DNA from: an uncultured delta proteobacterium
Lineage (GTDB): Bacteria > Myxococcota_A > Polyangia > Polyangiales > Polyangiaceae
NCBI GenBank assembly: GCA_963850305.1
Contig: CAWKKR010000008.1
Coordinates: 768,001 to 832,000 of the forward strand
Direction of reading: 5' to 3'
DNA length: 64,000 nt
This document shows positions 51,499 through 62,562 of the stretch, one piece after another. Below the pieces are notes generated by a model. That model was not told the origin of the DNA and ran no database searches. It was given only the letters and a program-made list of their open reading frames with translations. A program made the translations under genes and the position numbers. How positions within the stretch are numbered: position 1 is the first letter of the stretch; every line of letters begins with the position of its first letter.

Positions 51499-53109
51499 TC
51501 AGCTCGCGGCTGCCTTCTTCAGTCTGTCGACGCTCGAAGACAGCTCCCTGACTGCGGTTTCCTGGAGACGCGCGGCTTCCTCGATCTGCTTCGCCGCCTC
51601 GGCGGCCTGCTCGGAGCCCCGCGACTGCTGCCGGTGTGCGCTGTTGAGCTGATGCACCATGTTGCTGATGCTCTCGATCGCCTGAGTGATCTGACGACCG
51701 CCGCGCGATTGCTCCTGGCTCGAGCGCTCGACCTGTTGCGCAACCGTGCGCATGGTCTCGCCCGTCTTCATGATGAGCTCGGTGCCGCGCGCCTGCTGCG
51801 CCGTGGCGGCGGCGATCTGCTGCACCGTCTCGGCGATGCGGCCGATGGCGTCCGTGACCTGCTTGCTGCCCTTCGCTTGCTCGACCGTCGCTCGGGCGAT
51901 GGCGCGGACCATGTTCGTGCTCTTCTGCGAGCTTTCGAGAATCTTCTTCAACGCGCGTTCGGCTTCGTTCGACACCTGGACACCGCGATCGACGTTCTGC
52001 GCGCCGCGCTCGACGGCCTGGATCGCGTTGCGGCTCTCGGACTGGATGGTCTTGATGAGGTCCGCGATTTCCTTCGTGCTCGCTCCGGCGCGCTCGGCGA
52101 GGTCTTTGATCTCGTCCGCGACGACGGCGAAGCCCTTGCCGTGCTCGCCGGCCTGCGCGGCGATGATGGCGGCGTTCAGCGCGAGGAGATTCGTCTGTTC
52201 GGCAACCTCGTCGATGACGTTCAGGATCTGTCCGATCGCGTCGATCCGCGAGCCGAGGTTCGAGATGACCGAGACGGCCTCCTGGCTGCTCTCCTTGATG
52301 CGATAGATTTCCCCGATCGTCTTCAGGATCGATTCGGCGCCGTGTTCCGCGTCGCGAGCCACTTCCTCGCTGAGCCGGGCGGTTTCGTTCGCGTTCGACT
52401 GAACCTGATCGATGGAGACGTCCATCTCGTTCATGGACGAGCTCGTCTCTTCGGCGGTGAGCGAGAGCGCGTCGACGTTCTTCGCCACTTCCTTGATCGA
52501 ATACGTCATCTCTTCGATCGAGGAGACGCTCTCCCGGACGCTCTGGCTGAGCTCGCCGATGTGTTCGGCCATCTCGTCGTTCGTCGCCGTCATCTCGAGG
52601 ATCGAGGAGCTCGACTCTTCGGCGCTCGCGGCGAGCATCTCGACGTGCTGCGCGATCTCTCTCAGAGCCGTGGTCATCTCCTTGATGCTGCGAGCGGCCG
52701 TCTCGCTCAGGGACATCTGGTTCGACACGGTGTCGGTGATACGGCGAAGACCGTCGGTGACTTGCGCACCCGCGACCTCCACGGTGCGCGCTTGTTCGTC
52801 CGACCCCGTCTCGAGCTCCCGAATGGACGCCGCGAGCGCGGCGAGACCCGAGTAAACCTCGAGCAGGTCCGGCGACGCCCCCTCCGGAGGTTCCGGTCGC
52901 TTTCCGTCTCGCGTCCTCGTGACCGCGTCCTTGATGCGATCGAGGGACTCGCCGCGCTTCGCGCCACCCGCCCAGACGACGACGAAGACCGCTATCGCCG
53001 TCAAGGCGACCGCGTAAGGGACGACCGCACGGTCGAGCGCGAGGACCGCGAAGAGCGCGAGCAAGAGGATGAAGATTCCGTAGATCTGTCGCTGGGCGAG
53101 AGGGGGCAT
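51499..53109 (-). CDS. Methyl-accepting chemotaxis protein
   Basis: Hairpin tip [42 protein letters not shown]; two close N-terminal TMs. Confidence 0.95.
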   Translation of the reverse strand: MPPLAQRQIYGIFILLLALFAVLALDRAVVPYAVALTAIAVFVVVWAGGAKRGESLDRIKDAVTRTRDGKRPEPPEGASPDLLEVYSGLAALAASIRELETGSDEQARTVEVAGAQVTDGLRRITDTVSNQMSLSETAARSIKEMTTALREIAQHVEMLAASAEESSSSILEMTATNDEMAEHIGELSQSVRESVSSIEEMTYSIKEVAKNVDALSLTAEETSSSMNEMDVSIDQVQSNANETARLSEEVARDAEHGAESILKTIGEIYRIKESSQEAVSVISNLGSRIDAIGQILNVIDEVAEQTNLLALNAAIIAAQAGEHGKGFAVVADEIKDLAERAGASTKEIADLIKTIQSESRNAIQAVERGAQNVDRGVQVSNEAERALKKILESSQKSTNMVRAIARATVEQAKGSKQVTDAIGRIAETVQQIAAATAQQARGTELIMKTGETMRTVAQQVERSSQEQSRGGRQITQAIESISNMVHQLNSAHRQQSRGSEQAAEAAKQIEEAARLQETAVRELSSSVDRLKKAAAS

Positions 53110-53246
53110 CGCGAGTCGATCTCCAGTTCGCGGGCGGACCGCGTAGAGATTGGGAAATCCGTAGCGTATTTGGCGTTCGTCGAGACAACAAGCACGGTCG
53201 TCGCTCCTTATCGAAGCACGCGATAAAACCCCCGTTCCGGCGTCGA

Positions 53247-54899
53247 TCACGAGCTCGGCGGGGGTGAATCGGGGAGCAGCATTGGCCCCGCGACCGGCAG
53301 GAGCACGGTGAACTCGGCGCCGCCGCCCGGTCCATCGCGATATTCGATGTCCCCCCCGTGCTCCACGATGATGCGTTCGACGATGGCGAGCCCGAGCCCG
53401 GTGCCTTCACGCTTCGTCGTCGCGTACGGCGTGAAGAGTCGTGACTTCATGTCGTCGGCGACGCCGGGACCGTTGTCGCGGACGACGATGCGGACGCGAT
53501 GGCCATCCGCTCCGCCTACCTCGACCGTGACCGCAGGACTCGCCACGCCGGCGACCGCGTCGAGCGCGTTCTGGACGAGATTCGTGAGGACCTGGACGAT
53601 CTGCGCCCGGTCCGCGACGATGGGCGGCACGTCTTCGACGTGGAGAGCAATCTCGAGGCCCGCCGCGGAGTGAAGGCCGACGACGTCGCGAACGGCGCTC
53701 TCGAGATCCATGGGTGCCGGGTTCGGAGCCGGGAAGCGAGCGAACTGCGTGAACTCCCGGACGATGGTGGAGATCCGGGATACCTCGTCTAGGACGGTGC
53801 GTGTGGCTTCGTCGAAGTATTCGTCGAACGCGGGGTCGCCGCGAGCCCGGAGGCGTCGCAAGGTTTCGACCGCGGCGCGGATCGGCGCGAGCGGATTCTT
53901 GATTTCGTGAGCGACCTCGCGAGCCACTTCGCGCCGCGCGGCGATCCGCTCCGTCGCCGCGAGTCGCTTCCGGAGCGAAACGAGATCCGCTATCGTCTGG
54001 TTGAACGCGAGCGCGAGTTCCTCGAGCTCGCGACCCCCGCGTCCTTCCACCGGCACCGGCTCTCCGGTGACCACGCGCCGTGCCTGCTCCGAGAGAAGGA
54101 CGATCGGACGCGCCAGTCCGCGCGCCAAGAGAATCGCGATCACGAGCGCACCCGCGAACGTAGCCATGCCCAGGATCACGACGGCGCGATCGAGGTCGGC
54201 GAGGGCATCGGTCAGCGGCAGTCGCGAGCGGGTAGCGACGATCGACATCCCGCCGAGCTGCGGCAAGCGCATGGTCCTGACGAGGAGGTCGCTCGCGTCC
54301 TTTGGCGGCACGAGAGAGAGCGACAACCCCTGCCCGGCGCCGACGCGGGCAAGGACGGACTCCAGATGTCGCGCGCCGTAAAGGCCGAGCGTCTCGTCGC
54401 CGTTCGAACGCGTGCAGTGCGCAACGATGGCCACGGGGCCGTCGTTCGTCCGCAACGTGGCGTGTCGCGAATCGGATCGCAGCTCCGCCGCGAGCTTCCG
54501 ATCACGCGACCCCACGAGCCCGCCCGCCTGCCCGGCGCCCAGGATCTCGCCGCGACCGGTGAGGAGGACGAGCTCGTCCACTCGGATGGCCTTCATCAGC
54601 TCCACGACGCGCAAGCTGAGCGCCAGCCGTCGTCCCGCGTCGAGCTGTCCGGCGCGAAGATCGACGAGAGCCCCATCGAGGACCGGGTCGTGATCGCACA
54701 GCGGGCGCAGCAGCGACGGAAGATCCCGCACCTCGTCGCCGAGCTCCGCGCCGAGGCGCGAGACGGTGCCCTCGAACTGGAGCTGAAACTGTCGCTCCTC
54801 TGCGCGCCGCCACGCTTCGCGAACGCCGATCGCGAGTGAAAGCGTCGTCGCAACGGTGAGCACGCCGATCGCGACGAGCAAGCGCTGGGCGAGCGTCAC
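53247..54899 (-). CDS. Membrane sensor histidine kinase (HAMP-HisKA-HATPase, NtrY-like)
   Basis: [40 protein letters not shown]. Confidence 0.95.
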   Translation of the reverse strand: MTLAQRLLVAIGVLTVATTLSLAIGVREAWRRAEERQFQLQFEGTVSRLGAELGDEVRDLPSLLRPLCDHDPVLDGALVDLRAGQLDAGRRLALSLRVVELMKAIRVDELVLLTGRGEILGAGQAGGLVGSRDRKLAAELRSDSRHATLRTNDGPVAIVAHCTRSNGDETLGLYGARHLESVLARVGAGQGLSLSLVPPKDASDLLVRTMRLPQLGGMSIVATRSRLPLTDALADLDRAVVILGMATFAGALVIAILLARGLARPIVLLSEQARRVVTGEPVPVEGRGGRELEELALAFNQTIADLVSLRKRLAATERIAARREVAREVAHEIKNPLAPIRAAVETLRRLRARGDPAFDEYFDEATRTVLDEVSRISTIVREFTQFARFPAPNPAPMDLESAVRDVVGLHSAAGLEIALHVEDVPPIVADRAQIVQVLTNLVQNALDAVAGVASPAVTVEVGGADGHRVRIVVRDNGPGVADDMKSRLFTPYATTKREGTGLGLAIVERIIVEHGGDIEYRDGPGGGAEFTVLLPVAGPMLLPDSPPPSS

Positions 54900-54994
54900 G
54901 GAACCGGAGGGTAGCCGCCCGAGGCGCGCCAGGCGAGTCGCGCTTCTCGCGGGTTGCGCTCGGCACCGCGCGCTGGCACCGTGCGCCGGCTCTC

Positions 54995-57592
54995 ATGGGT
55001 ACTCGTCGATGGCTCGCGCTGGTCGCCGTTTTCGGTGCCGCGTGCTCGCAATCGCTGACGCTGCCGCCGCTCGCTCGTCCGGAGCATCACGCGTTTCTTC
55101 CGAAGGCCGAGGCGCCGCCGCCACCGAAGGTCGGATTTCCGTCGAATCGCCTCACGGTCGTACCGGCGGGGACGTTCGGTCCCTACGTCGGCGATCGTCC
55201 CGAGGGGATGCTCACGGCGTGGGCCGCCGACCTGAACGGCAAGCGGCGATGGCTCACCGCTCCCATCCGACGGACGCCGAGCGAAGAACCGAAGATCGTC
55301 GCGGACGCCGCACCCGACATCGATCTCGTCGCGCTTCGTCCGCTCGGTGGGACGTCGCAAGGGTTCGTGCTGCTGTCGAGCGCGCGCGAATTCTCCGGAG
55401 AACGGGTGGACGCGATGGCGCTGGGCCTTCGGGGCGAACTCGCCGGAGGGCCGACCCCGCTCGCGCAATCGCTGCCCGAGGTGGTCTGGGTCGACGCCGT
55501 GCCGACCGCCACCGGCGCGATCGCCATGTGGGCGGTTCGTCGCGACGACCGCGCGGATCTCTACGGCGTGGAGCTCGGCACGTCGGGCGACCTGCGCGAC
55601 CAACCTTCCGTTCTCGTGCCCGACGTACGCGCCTGGCAAGTCGCCGCGTTTGGACAGGGCGCGGCCATCGCGGCGCTGACGGCCGGCAAGACGCGCGACG
55701 CGCCCGGCACGATCCGCGTCAGCTTCGTCGACAGCGAGGGCCACGCGGACAAGAAGTCGCTGACCGTTGCGGACGGCGCCACGGCGGAACCCGATCTCGA
55801 TCTCGCCGCGCTCGGAGACAAACTCGAGGTCGCCTGGTCGGATCGGAAAGACGGCGAGGCCCGTCTTTACGGCGCGGTCGTGGACGCTTCCGGGAATCTG
55901 ACGAAGCCCGCGTCGGAGCTCGGGTTACCATTCGGCGCCCAGTCGCTGGTGAAGATCGTCCCTCCCGAGCACCCGGGCGGGCCCGCGTTCCTGGCGTGGG
56001 AAAATGCAGTCGAGCAAGGCGACGCGGTGCGGGCGATACGCGTCGCGCCGCTGTCCGCGAGCGGAACTCTGGGCGACGCGTCCGGCATCGTGCAGATGTC
56101 GGCCACGGACGGCGTGCCGGAGCTCGTCGCGACGCCGGCGGGACTTGCGGGACTGACCCTCGCGCCCGCGTGCCGCGTCAGCGAATCGTGTGGCGGGCGT
56201 CGCCCCGTGCCGACCTTCGTCGGGTTCGATTCGACGCTGAACGTCGTCGTGTCCGCCCCGGTCCGCGTCGACGAGCTCGACGGACAGCCCGCTGATCTCG
56301 CGTGGGGACTGACCTGCCACGGGAGCAACTGCACGGCGCTCGCCGCGGGCCCCGGATCGCCCGCGCCCGTATTTTCCGTCGAGCTCTCCGAAGTTCCCCC
56401 GGAATGGACGCCTTCGGCCTGGAATGTCGCGAACGGCCCTGCGCCACGAGCCACGTGGATGAACTCGATCGCCCGGAGTGACTCCATCGCGGAACTGTCT
56501 GCCGTGCGACAGGGTGCGACGTCTCGGGTGGCCTGGGTGACGTATTTCGATCCCGAAACGCCGTTCCTCCGATCGAAGACAGCGGCGCCGGACGGCAAGT
56601 ACGAGCCACCCCGCGCGGTCGTCCGCGTGCTCGACTTGCCCGACAAGGGCGTGCCCGCGGAGACGACGGTGATTTCCTATCGGGCGCATTCGCCGGGTGG
56701 CGTCGCCATCGCGCCCGGTGACCCGACGAGCGGACAGTCGCTCATCGCCTGGGCTGGCATCGACAACAAGGTGCCTCAGGTGTTTCTGACCCTCGTCGGC
56801 CCCAACGGCAAGAAGGTCGCGCAGAAGATGCTGACGCACGGAAAGAACGGGGTCAGTGGCGTCACCCTCGCATCCGTCGGCAACGCCTGGGTCGTCGCCT
56901 GGATCGAAGAGAGGCCGAACGCGTCCGACGTCCACATCGCAAAGGTGGACGACAAGTTGAAGCCCATCGTGACCGAGCGCCGCCTGGGCAACGACGCCGG
57001 GAGCGCCACGGGCGTCCAGCTTCTCGAGCGCGGCGATCACGTGTTTGCCGTCTGGGCCGACGCACGGGGTCCGAACGTCGGCGTTGCCGATATCTTCGCG
57101 GCGCGGCTGTCGTCGGCAGATCTCGCGTCGGTCGGCCCCGAGCATCCCGTCGCGGAAACGCCCACACACTCCCGTTCGCCCGCGCTCGCCGCGTTCGGCG
57201 ACGGGGCCGTCGTGGGGTGGGTCGAAGAACCCCCGAGCAACTCGTCGCAGTCGGATGCGTCGCTCATGTTCGCGCAGCTGGATTCAGGCGCAGAAACCGT
57301 GTCGGGCTCCGTCACGAGGGTCACGCTTTCCGGCTCGGCCGAGGGCCTCGGCATTTCGTGCGGCAACGACGTTTGCCGGTTCGCGGCGTCGGTGGCCACG
57401 AGCGACGCCGGGGGGATCGAGGCGTTCGAGTGGGCCCCGAATCGGGACGTCGTGCCGCGCCACCTCGTTGGCCTGGCCGCCATGCCGCGCGACGCCGCCG
57501 CGCCAGTCATTCTGGGCGACGGGATCTTCTACGCCGATGAGGCTCGCCCCGGAGACGCACGCTTACGACACCTCGGCGTTACCTGGAAGTAA
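54995..57592 (+). CDS. Large hypothetical lipoprotein with beta-propeller-like repeats
   Basis: Lipobox-like GAAC, recurring VAW/VVAW strands. Confidence 0.75.
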   Translation: MGTRRWLALVAVFGAACSQSLTLPPLARPEHHAFLPKAEAPPPPKVGFPSNRLTVVPAGTFGPYVGDRPEGMLTAWAADLNGKRRWLTAPIRRTPSEEPKIVADAAPDIDLVALRPLGGTSQGFVLLSSAREFSGERVDAMALGLRGELAGGPTPLAQSLPEVVWVDAVPTATGAIAMWAVRRDDRADLYGVELGTSGDLRDQPSVLVPDVRAWQVAAFGQGAAIAALTAGKTRDAPGTIRVSFVDSEGHADKKSLTVADGATAEPDLDLAALGDKLEVAWSDRKDGEARLYGAVVDASGNLTKPASELGLPFGAQSLVKIVPPEHPGGPAFLAWENAVEQGDAVRAIRVAPLSASGTLGDASGIVQMSATDGVPELVATPAGLAGLTLAPACRVSESCGGRRPVPTFVGFDSTLNVVVSAPVRVDELDGQPADLAWGLTCHGSNCTALAAGPGSPAPVFSVELSEVPPEWTPSAWNVANGPAPRATWMNSIARSDSIAELSAVRQGATSRVAWVTYFDPETPFLRSKTAAPDGKYEPPRAVVRVLDLPDKGVPAETTVISYRAHSPGGVAIAPGDPTSGQSLIAWAGIDNKVPQVFLTLVGPNGKKVAQKMLTHGKNGVSGVTLASVGNAWVVAWIEERPNASDVHIAKVDDKLKPIVTERRLGNDAGSATGVQLLERGDHVFAVWADARGPNVGVADIFAARLSSADLASVGPEHPVAETPTHSRSPALAAFGDGAVVGWVEEPPSNSSQSDASLMFAQLDSGAETVSGSVTRVTLSGSAEGLGISCGNDVCRFAASVATSDAGGIEAFEWAPNRDVVPRHLVGLAAMPRDAAAPVILGDGIFYADEARPGDARLRHLGVTWK

Positions 57593-57820
57593 TGTCGGTG
57601 ACTGTCAGGCCATGACCCTCATTTACCTACATGTTGTCCACCCGCTGGGGATAAGTACGCACCGCTGTTGGCCGCGCAAGGATCGTACGGTGCGCAAGGA
57701 ACCAGCACGATCGGCGTCCGCCCTGAGGGGGAATTCGGGCATCACCCGCTTGAAATCGCATGAATTCGATGACCTTCGGTGCCGCAGGGCGATGGAACGC
57801 CGGCTGCAGTACCGCTCGCC

Positions 57821-58339
57821 ATGGAACGATCGGTGGAAGAATCGGTGCTCGTCGTGGTCGAGGGTGATGCCGCGTGCCCACTCTGGCTGAACCACTGGGG
57901 CCCGGCGCCGGTCAACGGCTGGAGCATGCTCGAGCAGGAAGAAGGGGAAACGCAGGCCGCGTTCGGCGAGCGCATGACCTCGACCATCGAACGGTTCAGC
58001 GACCCTGAGTCGAACGACGTCGTCGTGATCGTCGTGGGCCGGGGCACGGGCGAAAGCGCGTGCGGCAGCCGCTGGGACCTCGCCGGCACCGTGCTCACGC
58101 ACCTGTCGAAGCGCGCCGGCGGCCGCGTCCTGTTCACCCACGGATACGGTTGCGATGACGCCCCGGACGCCTCGCTGGCCGCCTTCGTCGCAGAGCTTGC
58201 CGCAGAATGGTCCTGGTCGGGCATCGAAATCGGCGTTCGAACCCGGGGTATCGTGCGGACTCCGCAGCTTCGCCGGACCTCGGCGCCGCCCCCAGGCAGC
58301 TACCGCCCCGACGCGCTCCCCGCCTCGCAGGCGGTCTGA
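57821..58339 (+). CDS. Hypothetical protein
   Basis: ORF with coding-like composition; no recognised motif. Confidence 0.55.
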   Translation: MERSVEESVLVVVEGDAACPLWLNHWGPAPVNGWSMLEQEEGETQAAFGERMTSTIERFSDPESNDVVVIVVGRGTGESACGSRWDLAGTVLTHLSKRAGGRVLFTHGYGCDDAPDASLAAFVAELAAEWSWSGIEIGVRTRGIVRTPQLRRTSAPPPGSYRPDALPASQAV

Positions 58340-58409
58340 TCTTTCGCGGGCCGCGTACGGGCCGGGCCGACGTTGCCATGGCGTGAGATTCGCGTAGAAA
58401 TCCCGCCGC

Positions 58410-60209
58410 ATGTCGCAACCCGAGGCGGCTGCGGGCTCCGATGCTCGCGCCGGAGTGCCGAGCGAGACCCCGGAAGCGGCCTCTCATCCGCCGCGGGTCT
58501 CGAAGGGTGATTGGGTTTGTTGCGGCGTCGTGGTGGCCGTCACGGCCGCTCATGTCGCCTATTACTTTCCGCGGGTCGTCGACGACCTGTTCATCTCGCT
58601 CCGCTTCGCCGAGAACTTCGCGCACGGAAACGGCGCGGTCTACAACCCGGGGGATCGCGTCGAGGGGTATTCGAGTCCGCTCTGGATGTTCTTGCAGAGC
58701 GTCGGGATCTTCCTCGGGTTCGAAGGGGTCACGTGGACGAAGCTCCTCGGTTGCGCGTCGCTCTTCGGGCTCGAGTACGCCCTCTATCTCCTCTCGAGAC
58801 GCGTTTTCGGCATAAAGGGTCCGCTGGCCTTTCTACCCGCCCTGTGCGTCGCCACGAATAGTTACGTCGTGAACTGGGCCGTGCTCGGCCTCGAGACGCC
58901 CCTTCATCTGCTCGCGATCGCCGCAGCACCCGTCGCCATCGAGGCGGCGCTGGCGGCGTCGACCCGGCGGTCCCGCGGAACCGCGACGGTCGCGATCATC
59001 GGCCTCGGGCTCACGCGTCCGGAATCGGTGCTCTACCTCGGCGCGAACGCGCTCGCTCCGTTCGTCCGCGCGACCTCCCTCGCGCGCGCGAACGGCATTC
59101 TGCGAGCGGTCGTGCGCGTGTTCCTGCCCGGGGCGCTGGTGCTCTTCGCGCTGCTGCTCGTTCGTCGCGGCTACTACGGTTCTTTCGTTCCCAACACGTA
59201 CTTCGTGAAAGGCGTCACGAGGGCGTTCGACGTGAACAAGCTCTCGGCCCTCTGGGACGAGGGCGCAACGACCTGGGAAGCCGCGACGTATCTCGGCGGA
59301 GCCGCGTTGCTCCTCTACTTCGGCTTCGCGAGACGCGCGCTCGCGCCAGCGCTCTCCGTGCTCGCGTGCCTTTACTTCACCGCGAATGTCCGGCTCGACT
59401 GGATGCCGAGCCTTCGTCATCTCCTGCCCGTCACGGTGTTGACGCCGGTCGGATTCGCGTGTCTGGCAGACGCGTTCGCTCGCGCACGGCAGCGTCCACT
59501 GCGCCTCCTCGCCTGGACGCCGCTCGTCGTACCCGTGCTGGCGTTCGCCAGCGTCGTCACGATCGACAATCGGAACAGCCCCGAGGAAAATCGCGGGCGC
59601 GGATGGATCCGGCCGAAGACGCTGCGGAAGTGGGAAGACACGCGGCTCTCTTACGAGCGCCTCGAACCGCCGCACGTATCGCGCATGCGGAGCTATGAAA
59701 TGGGCCAGATCACGCAGGCATGGCACGTGTTAGAAGCCAGCGCGGAACCCGTGGCGGAGAGCTGGTACATCGGACGCGATATCGGCGCGGTCGGCTACTA
59801 CACGGGCGTTCGCGTCTTCGACACTGCGGGCCTCTTCACGAAAGAGGTCTCGCACTCGACGGCGTGGACGCGAGACCACCGCGTGCCGGACGACCTGATC
59901 CGAACCGGAATGGCGAAAAGGCCGGTGGCCGGTGAGATCTACGAAGGCTGGGAGACCGCGCTCGGACGGGATCCGGACCTCTTGCGCGGCTATCGCATAC
60001 GGACGGGCAGCATGCGCTCACCCTTCGCGTTTCTCGCCGAGGACCGCCGGCGACCGTCGGCCGCCGAGGTGCTTCGCCGATACGAGGCGATGGTCGCCAA
60101 ATTTCCGAAGCTCTACTATCTGAACACACTGTACGGAGAGTCCGTCGGCGCCGTCGTCGAGAGACGGCTCAGGATCGTGAAGCAGCAACTCTCGACGGGA
60201 AGGCTCTGA
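58410..60209 (+). CDS. GT-C membrane glycosyltransferase (AftB-like family)
   Basis: VDDLFISLRFAENFAHGNGAVYNPGDRVEGYSSPLW, GLETPL, LTRPES, PNTYFVK, DIGAVGYY...DTAGL. Confidence 0.85.
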   Translation: MSQPEAAAGSDARAGVPSETPEAASHPPRVSKGDWVCCGVVVAVTAAHVAYYFPRVVDDLFISLRFAENFAHGNGAVYNPGDRVEGYSSPLWMFLQSVGIFLGFEGVTWTKLLGCASLFGLEYALYLLSRRVFGIKGPLAFLPALCVATNSYVVNWAVLGLETPLHLLAIAAAPVAIEAALAASTRRSRGTATVAIIGLGLTRPESVLYLGANALAPFVRATSLARANGILRAVVRVFLPGALVLFALLLVRRGYYGSFVPNTYFVKGVTRAFDVNKLSALWDEGATTWEAATYLGGAALLLYFGFARRALAPALSVLACLYFTANVRLDWMPSLRHLLPVTVLTPVGFACLADAFARARQRPLRLLAWTPLVVPVLAFASVVTIDNRNSPEENRGRGWIRPKTLRKWEDTRLSYERLEPPHVSRMRSYEMGQITQAWHVLEASAEPVAESWYIGRDIGAVGYYTGVRVFDTAGLFTKEVSHSTAWTRDHRVPDDLIRTGMAKRPVAGEIYEGWETALGRDPDLLRGYRIRTGSMRSPFAFLAEDRRRPSAAEVLRRYEAMVAKFPKLYYLNTLYGESVGAVVERRLRIVKQQLSTGRL

Positions 60210-60210
60210 C

Positions 60211-62190
60211 ATGGTGAAGGCGGCACTCTCACGCTTCGCGACCTGGCTCTCGACGGTGCTCGGAGCGCTCGGTATCGGCGCGTTCGTGTGGCCGATGGCG
60301 ATCGGGATGGGCATCGGCGTCGGGGGCCTGGAGCTTTTCGTCCCCGCATTCCTCCACGGCATGATCAAGCGACGCGCGACGCTCGAGTTCACCCGGCCGA
60401 GCCTGCTCTCGACCATGGTCGCGGCCGCCGTGGTCGCCGCGATCGCGGCGCTTCTCGCCATTCGCGCGCGACGCCGAGGGGACCGGCGAAGCACGCCGGA
60501 GATATACAATTCCAATCTGCGACGCGGCGCGTTTCTGGCTGCCCTGCCGCTCGTCGTCTCTCTGGCGGAACCACTCGAGGCCACGCATTCGTGGCTCGTG
60601 CTCACGTTCGCCGCGGTCACGGCGATCCTCGTGACGTATTCCGCCTACCACTGGTCGCGGGAGCTTCCGGATGAGTCGCCCCGGTCGCGTTTTCGGTTCA
60701 TGGCACCCACCGTCGTGGGCGTCGCGATCGCGTCGTACATCGTGGTCGTCACGTCCATCGCGTTCATCAACCACCTCGCCTTCAACACCGGACGAAGCGA
60801 CCTCGGCTACTACATGAGCATCTTCCGACAGTCGAGCCAGGGCGTCCCGCTCGGCTGCTCGCTGTGCGGGAACGGGAGCCATCTGACCGGTCACTTCGAT
60901 CCGATCCTGGTGCTGCTCTCGCCGCTATATCTCCTCTATCCGTTCGCGGAGACGCTCCTGCTCCTCCAGACCGTGTGGCTCGCCCTCGGCGCGGTGCCGG
61001 TCTACCTGGTCACCGTTCATCACGTTCGCCGCAGCAGCGCAGGCGTCGCCCTGGCGATTGCGTATCTTGCATTCCCCGCGCTCCACGGAGTGAATCTCTT
61101 CGACTTTCACTCGCTGTCGCTCTGTGTGCCGCTCTTCATCTGGGTCCTTTACTTTCTCGATTCCGGCAAGATCCGCGCGTACTATCTGACACTCCCTCTG
61201 CTCCTCCTGGTTCGCGAGGACATTTCGATCGCGATGTGCCTCGTTGGGGCGGGCGCGCTGTTCTCCAAGGAACCCGCGCGCGTGCGCGTCGGTCTCGTCA
61301 CCGTCGCGGCGTCGGTGGCGTACTTCCTCGTCGCGAAGGGCGTGTTCATGGGGCACATCGATCCCCTGAACTCCACGGGGACGAGTCGCGGCTACGCGGG
61401 CGCGTACGGCGACCTCATTCCCGCAGGCAAATCGACCGCAGGCCTCATCGCCACCGTGTTCGGTGATCCGATGTACGCGCTCACGCGAATCCTGACCGAA
61501 GAGAAGCTCGACTATGTCGCGAAGCTATGCGTGCCCCTGCTCGCCCTTCCGTTCCTCGCCAGGGACAGGCTCCTGCTCTCCTACGGGGCAGCCCTCACGC
61601 TCCTCGGCTCGGTGCCGTTTTTGTACAGCACCCATTTCCAATATTCGAGCATGTTGATTCCCTTTCTCTTCGTGCTCGCTGCCGGCGCGCTCGGCCGGAT
61701 CCGGACGGGGGATGTCTCGTTTCCGCGCGTGTCGGGGGCCCGTCTGTCGCGCGTCTTACCGCTCGGAATCCTCGTCTCGACGCTGCTCTGCTCATGGAAG
61801 TTCGGAGGCATAGTTCCCAACGGCAGCTTCACCGGCGGCTTTCGCCCGCTCGTTCGCACGGTGTCGCCCGGCGGTCTCGCGATGGATGCCTGGCTCCGGA
61901 AGTTCGCGCGTTCGTTGCCGAAGGGAGCCAAGGTGGCAGCCAACAGCCGCATCTTGACGCACCTCGGACCGGTAACGAGCGTTCTCATGATCGACGATCG
62001 GGCACGAGCCGACTACGTCGTCGCGGGCATGGCGAACCACGCCGTGGCCCGGGAACTGAGGCCCGAGATCAGGGCGGGCCGCCTGATCCAGCTCGACTCG
62101 TTCGATGACGTGAAGATCTTCAGGGCGCACTATCCAAAGGCGCCCGCGGCGGCTGCCGCGACGAACCGCCCGCCGATCGAAGCCGAGTGA
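60211..62190 (+). CDS. DUF2079 membrane protein (GT-C-like)
   Basis: DLGYY, HFDPILVLLSPLY, LLLLQT, NLFDFH, VRED, HFQYS. Confidence 0.87.
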   Translation: MVKAALSRFATWLSTVLGALGIGAFVWPMAIGMGIGVGGLELFVPAFLHGMIKRRATLEFTRPSLLSTMVAAAVVAAIAALLAIRARRRGDRRSTPEIYNSNLRRGAFLAALPLVVSLAEPLEATHSWLVLTFAAVTAILVTYSAYHWSRELPDESPRSRFRFMAPTVVGVAIASYIVVVTSIAFINHLAFNTGRSDLGYYMSIFRQSSQGVPLGCSLCGNGSHLTGHFDPILVLLSPLYLLYPFAETLLLLQTVWLALGAVPVYLVTVHHVRRSSAGVALAIAYLAFPALHGVNLFDFHSLSLCVPLFIWVLYFLDSGKIRAYYLTLPLLLLVREDISIAMCLVGAGALFSKEPARVRVGLVTVAASVAYFLVAKGVFMGHIDPLNSTGTSRGYAGAYGDLIPAGKSTAGLIATVFGDPMYALTRILTEEKLDYVAKLCVPLLALPFLARDRLLLSYGAALTLLGSVPFLYSTHFQYSSMLIPFLFVLAAGALGRIRTGDVSFPRVSGARLSRVLPLGILVSTLLCSWKFGGIVPNGSFTGGFRPLVRTVSPGGLAMDAWLRKFARSLPKGAKVAANSRILTHLGPVTSVLMIDDRARADYVVAGMANHAVARELRPEIRAGRLIQLDSFDDVKIFRAHYPKAPAAAAATNRPPIEAE

Positions 62191-62193
62191 CGG

Positions 62194-62549
62194 CTACTAG
62201 GAAAGGGGGGCCTTGCCGCCTTGCCCCCCGCGGCTCGCTTCGCGACCGCTCCCCCGCCGCCTTCGGCGCGCTCGTGTTCGCAAGGGGGTCTTGACCCCCG
62301 CGGCTCGCTTCGCGACCGCTCCCCCGCCGCCTTCGGCGCGCTCGTGTTCGCAAGGGGGTCTTGACCCCCGCGGCTCGCTTCGCGACCGCTCCCCCGCCGC
62401 CTTCGGCGCGCTCGTGTTCGCAAGGGGGTCTTGACCCCCGCGGCTCGCTTCGCGACCGCTCCCCCGCCGCCTTCGGCGGGCTCGCTATGCTCGCGTAGTG
62501 CCGCACCCTCTTTGATCCCTCGGGGACGACGGTGCTCGTCGGTGCGGAA
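62194..62549. repeat. Structured repeat element 3: leader, 3 full plus 1 partial 70-bp units, trailer and ~50-bp tail
   Basis: Units start at 62226, 62296, 62366, 62436; tail homologous to 19606-19655. Confidence 0.97.
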
Positions 62550-62562
62550 CTACTAGGAAGCT

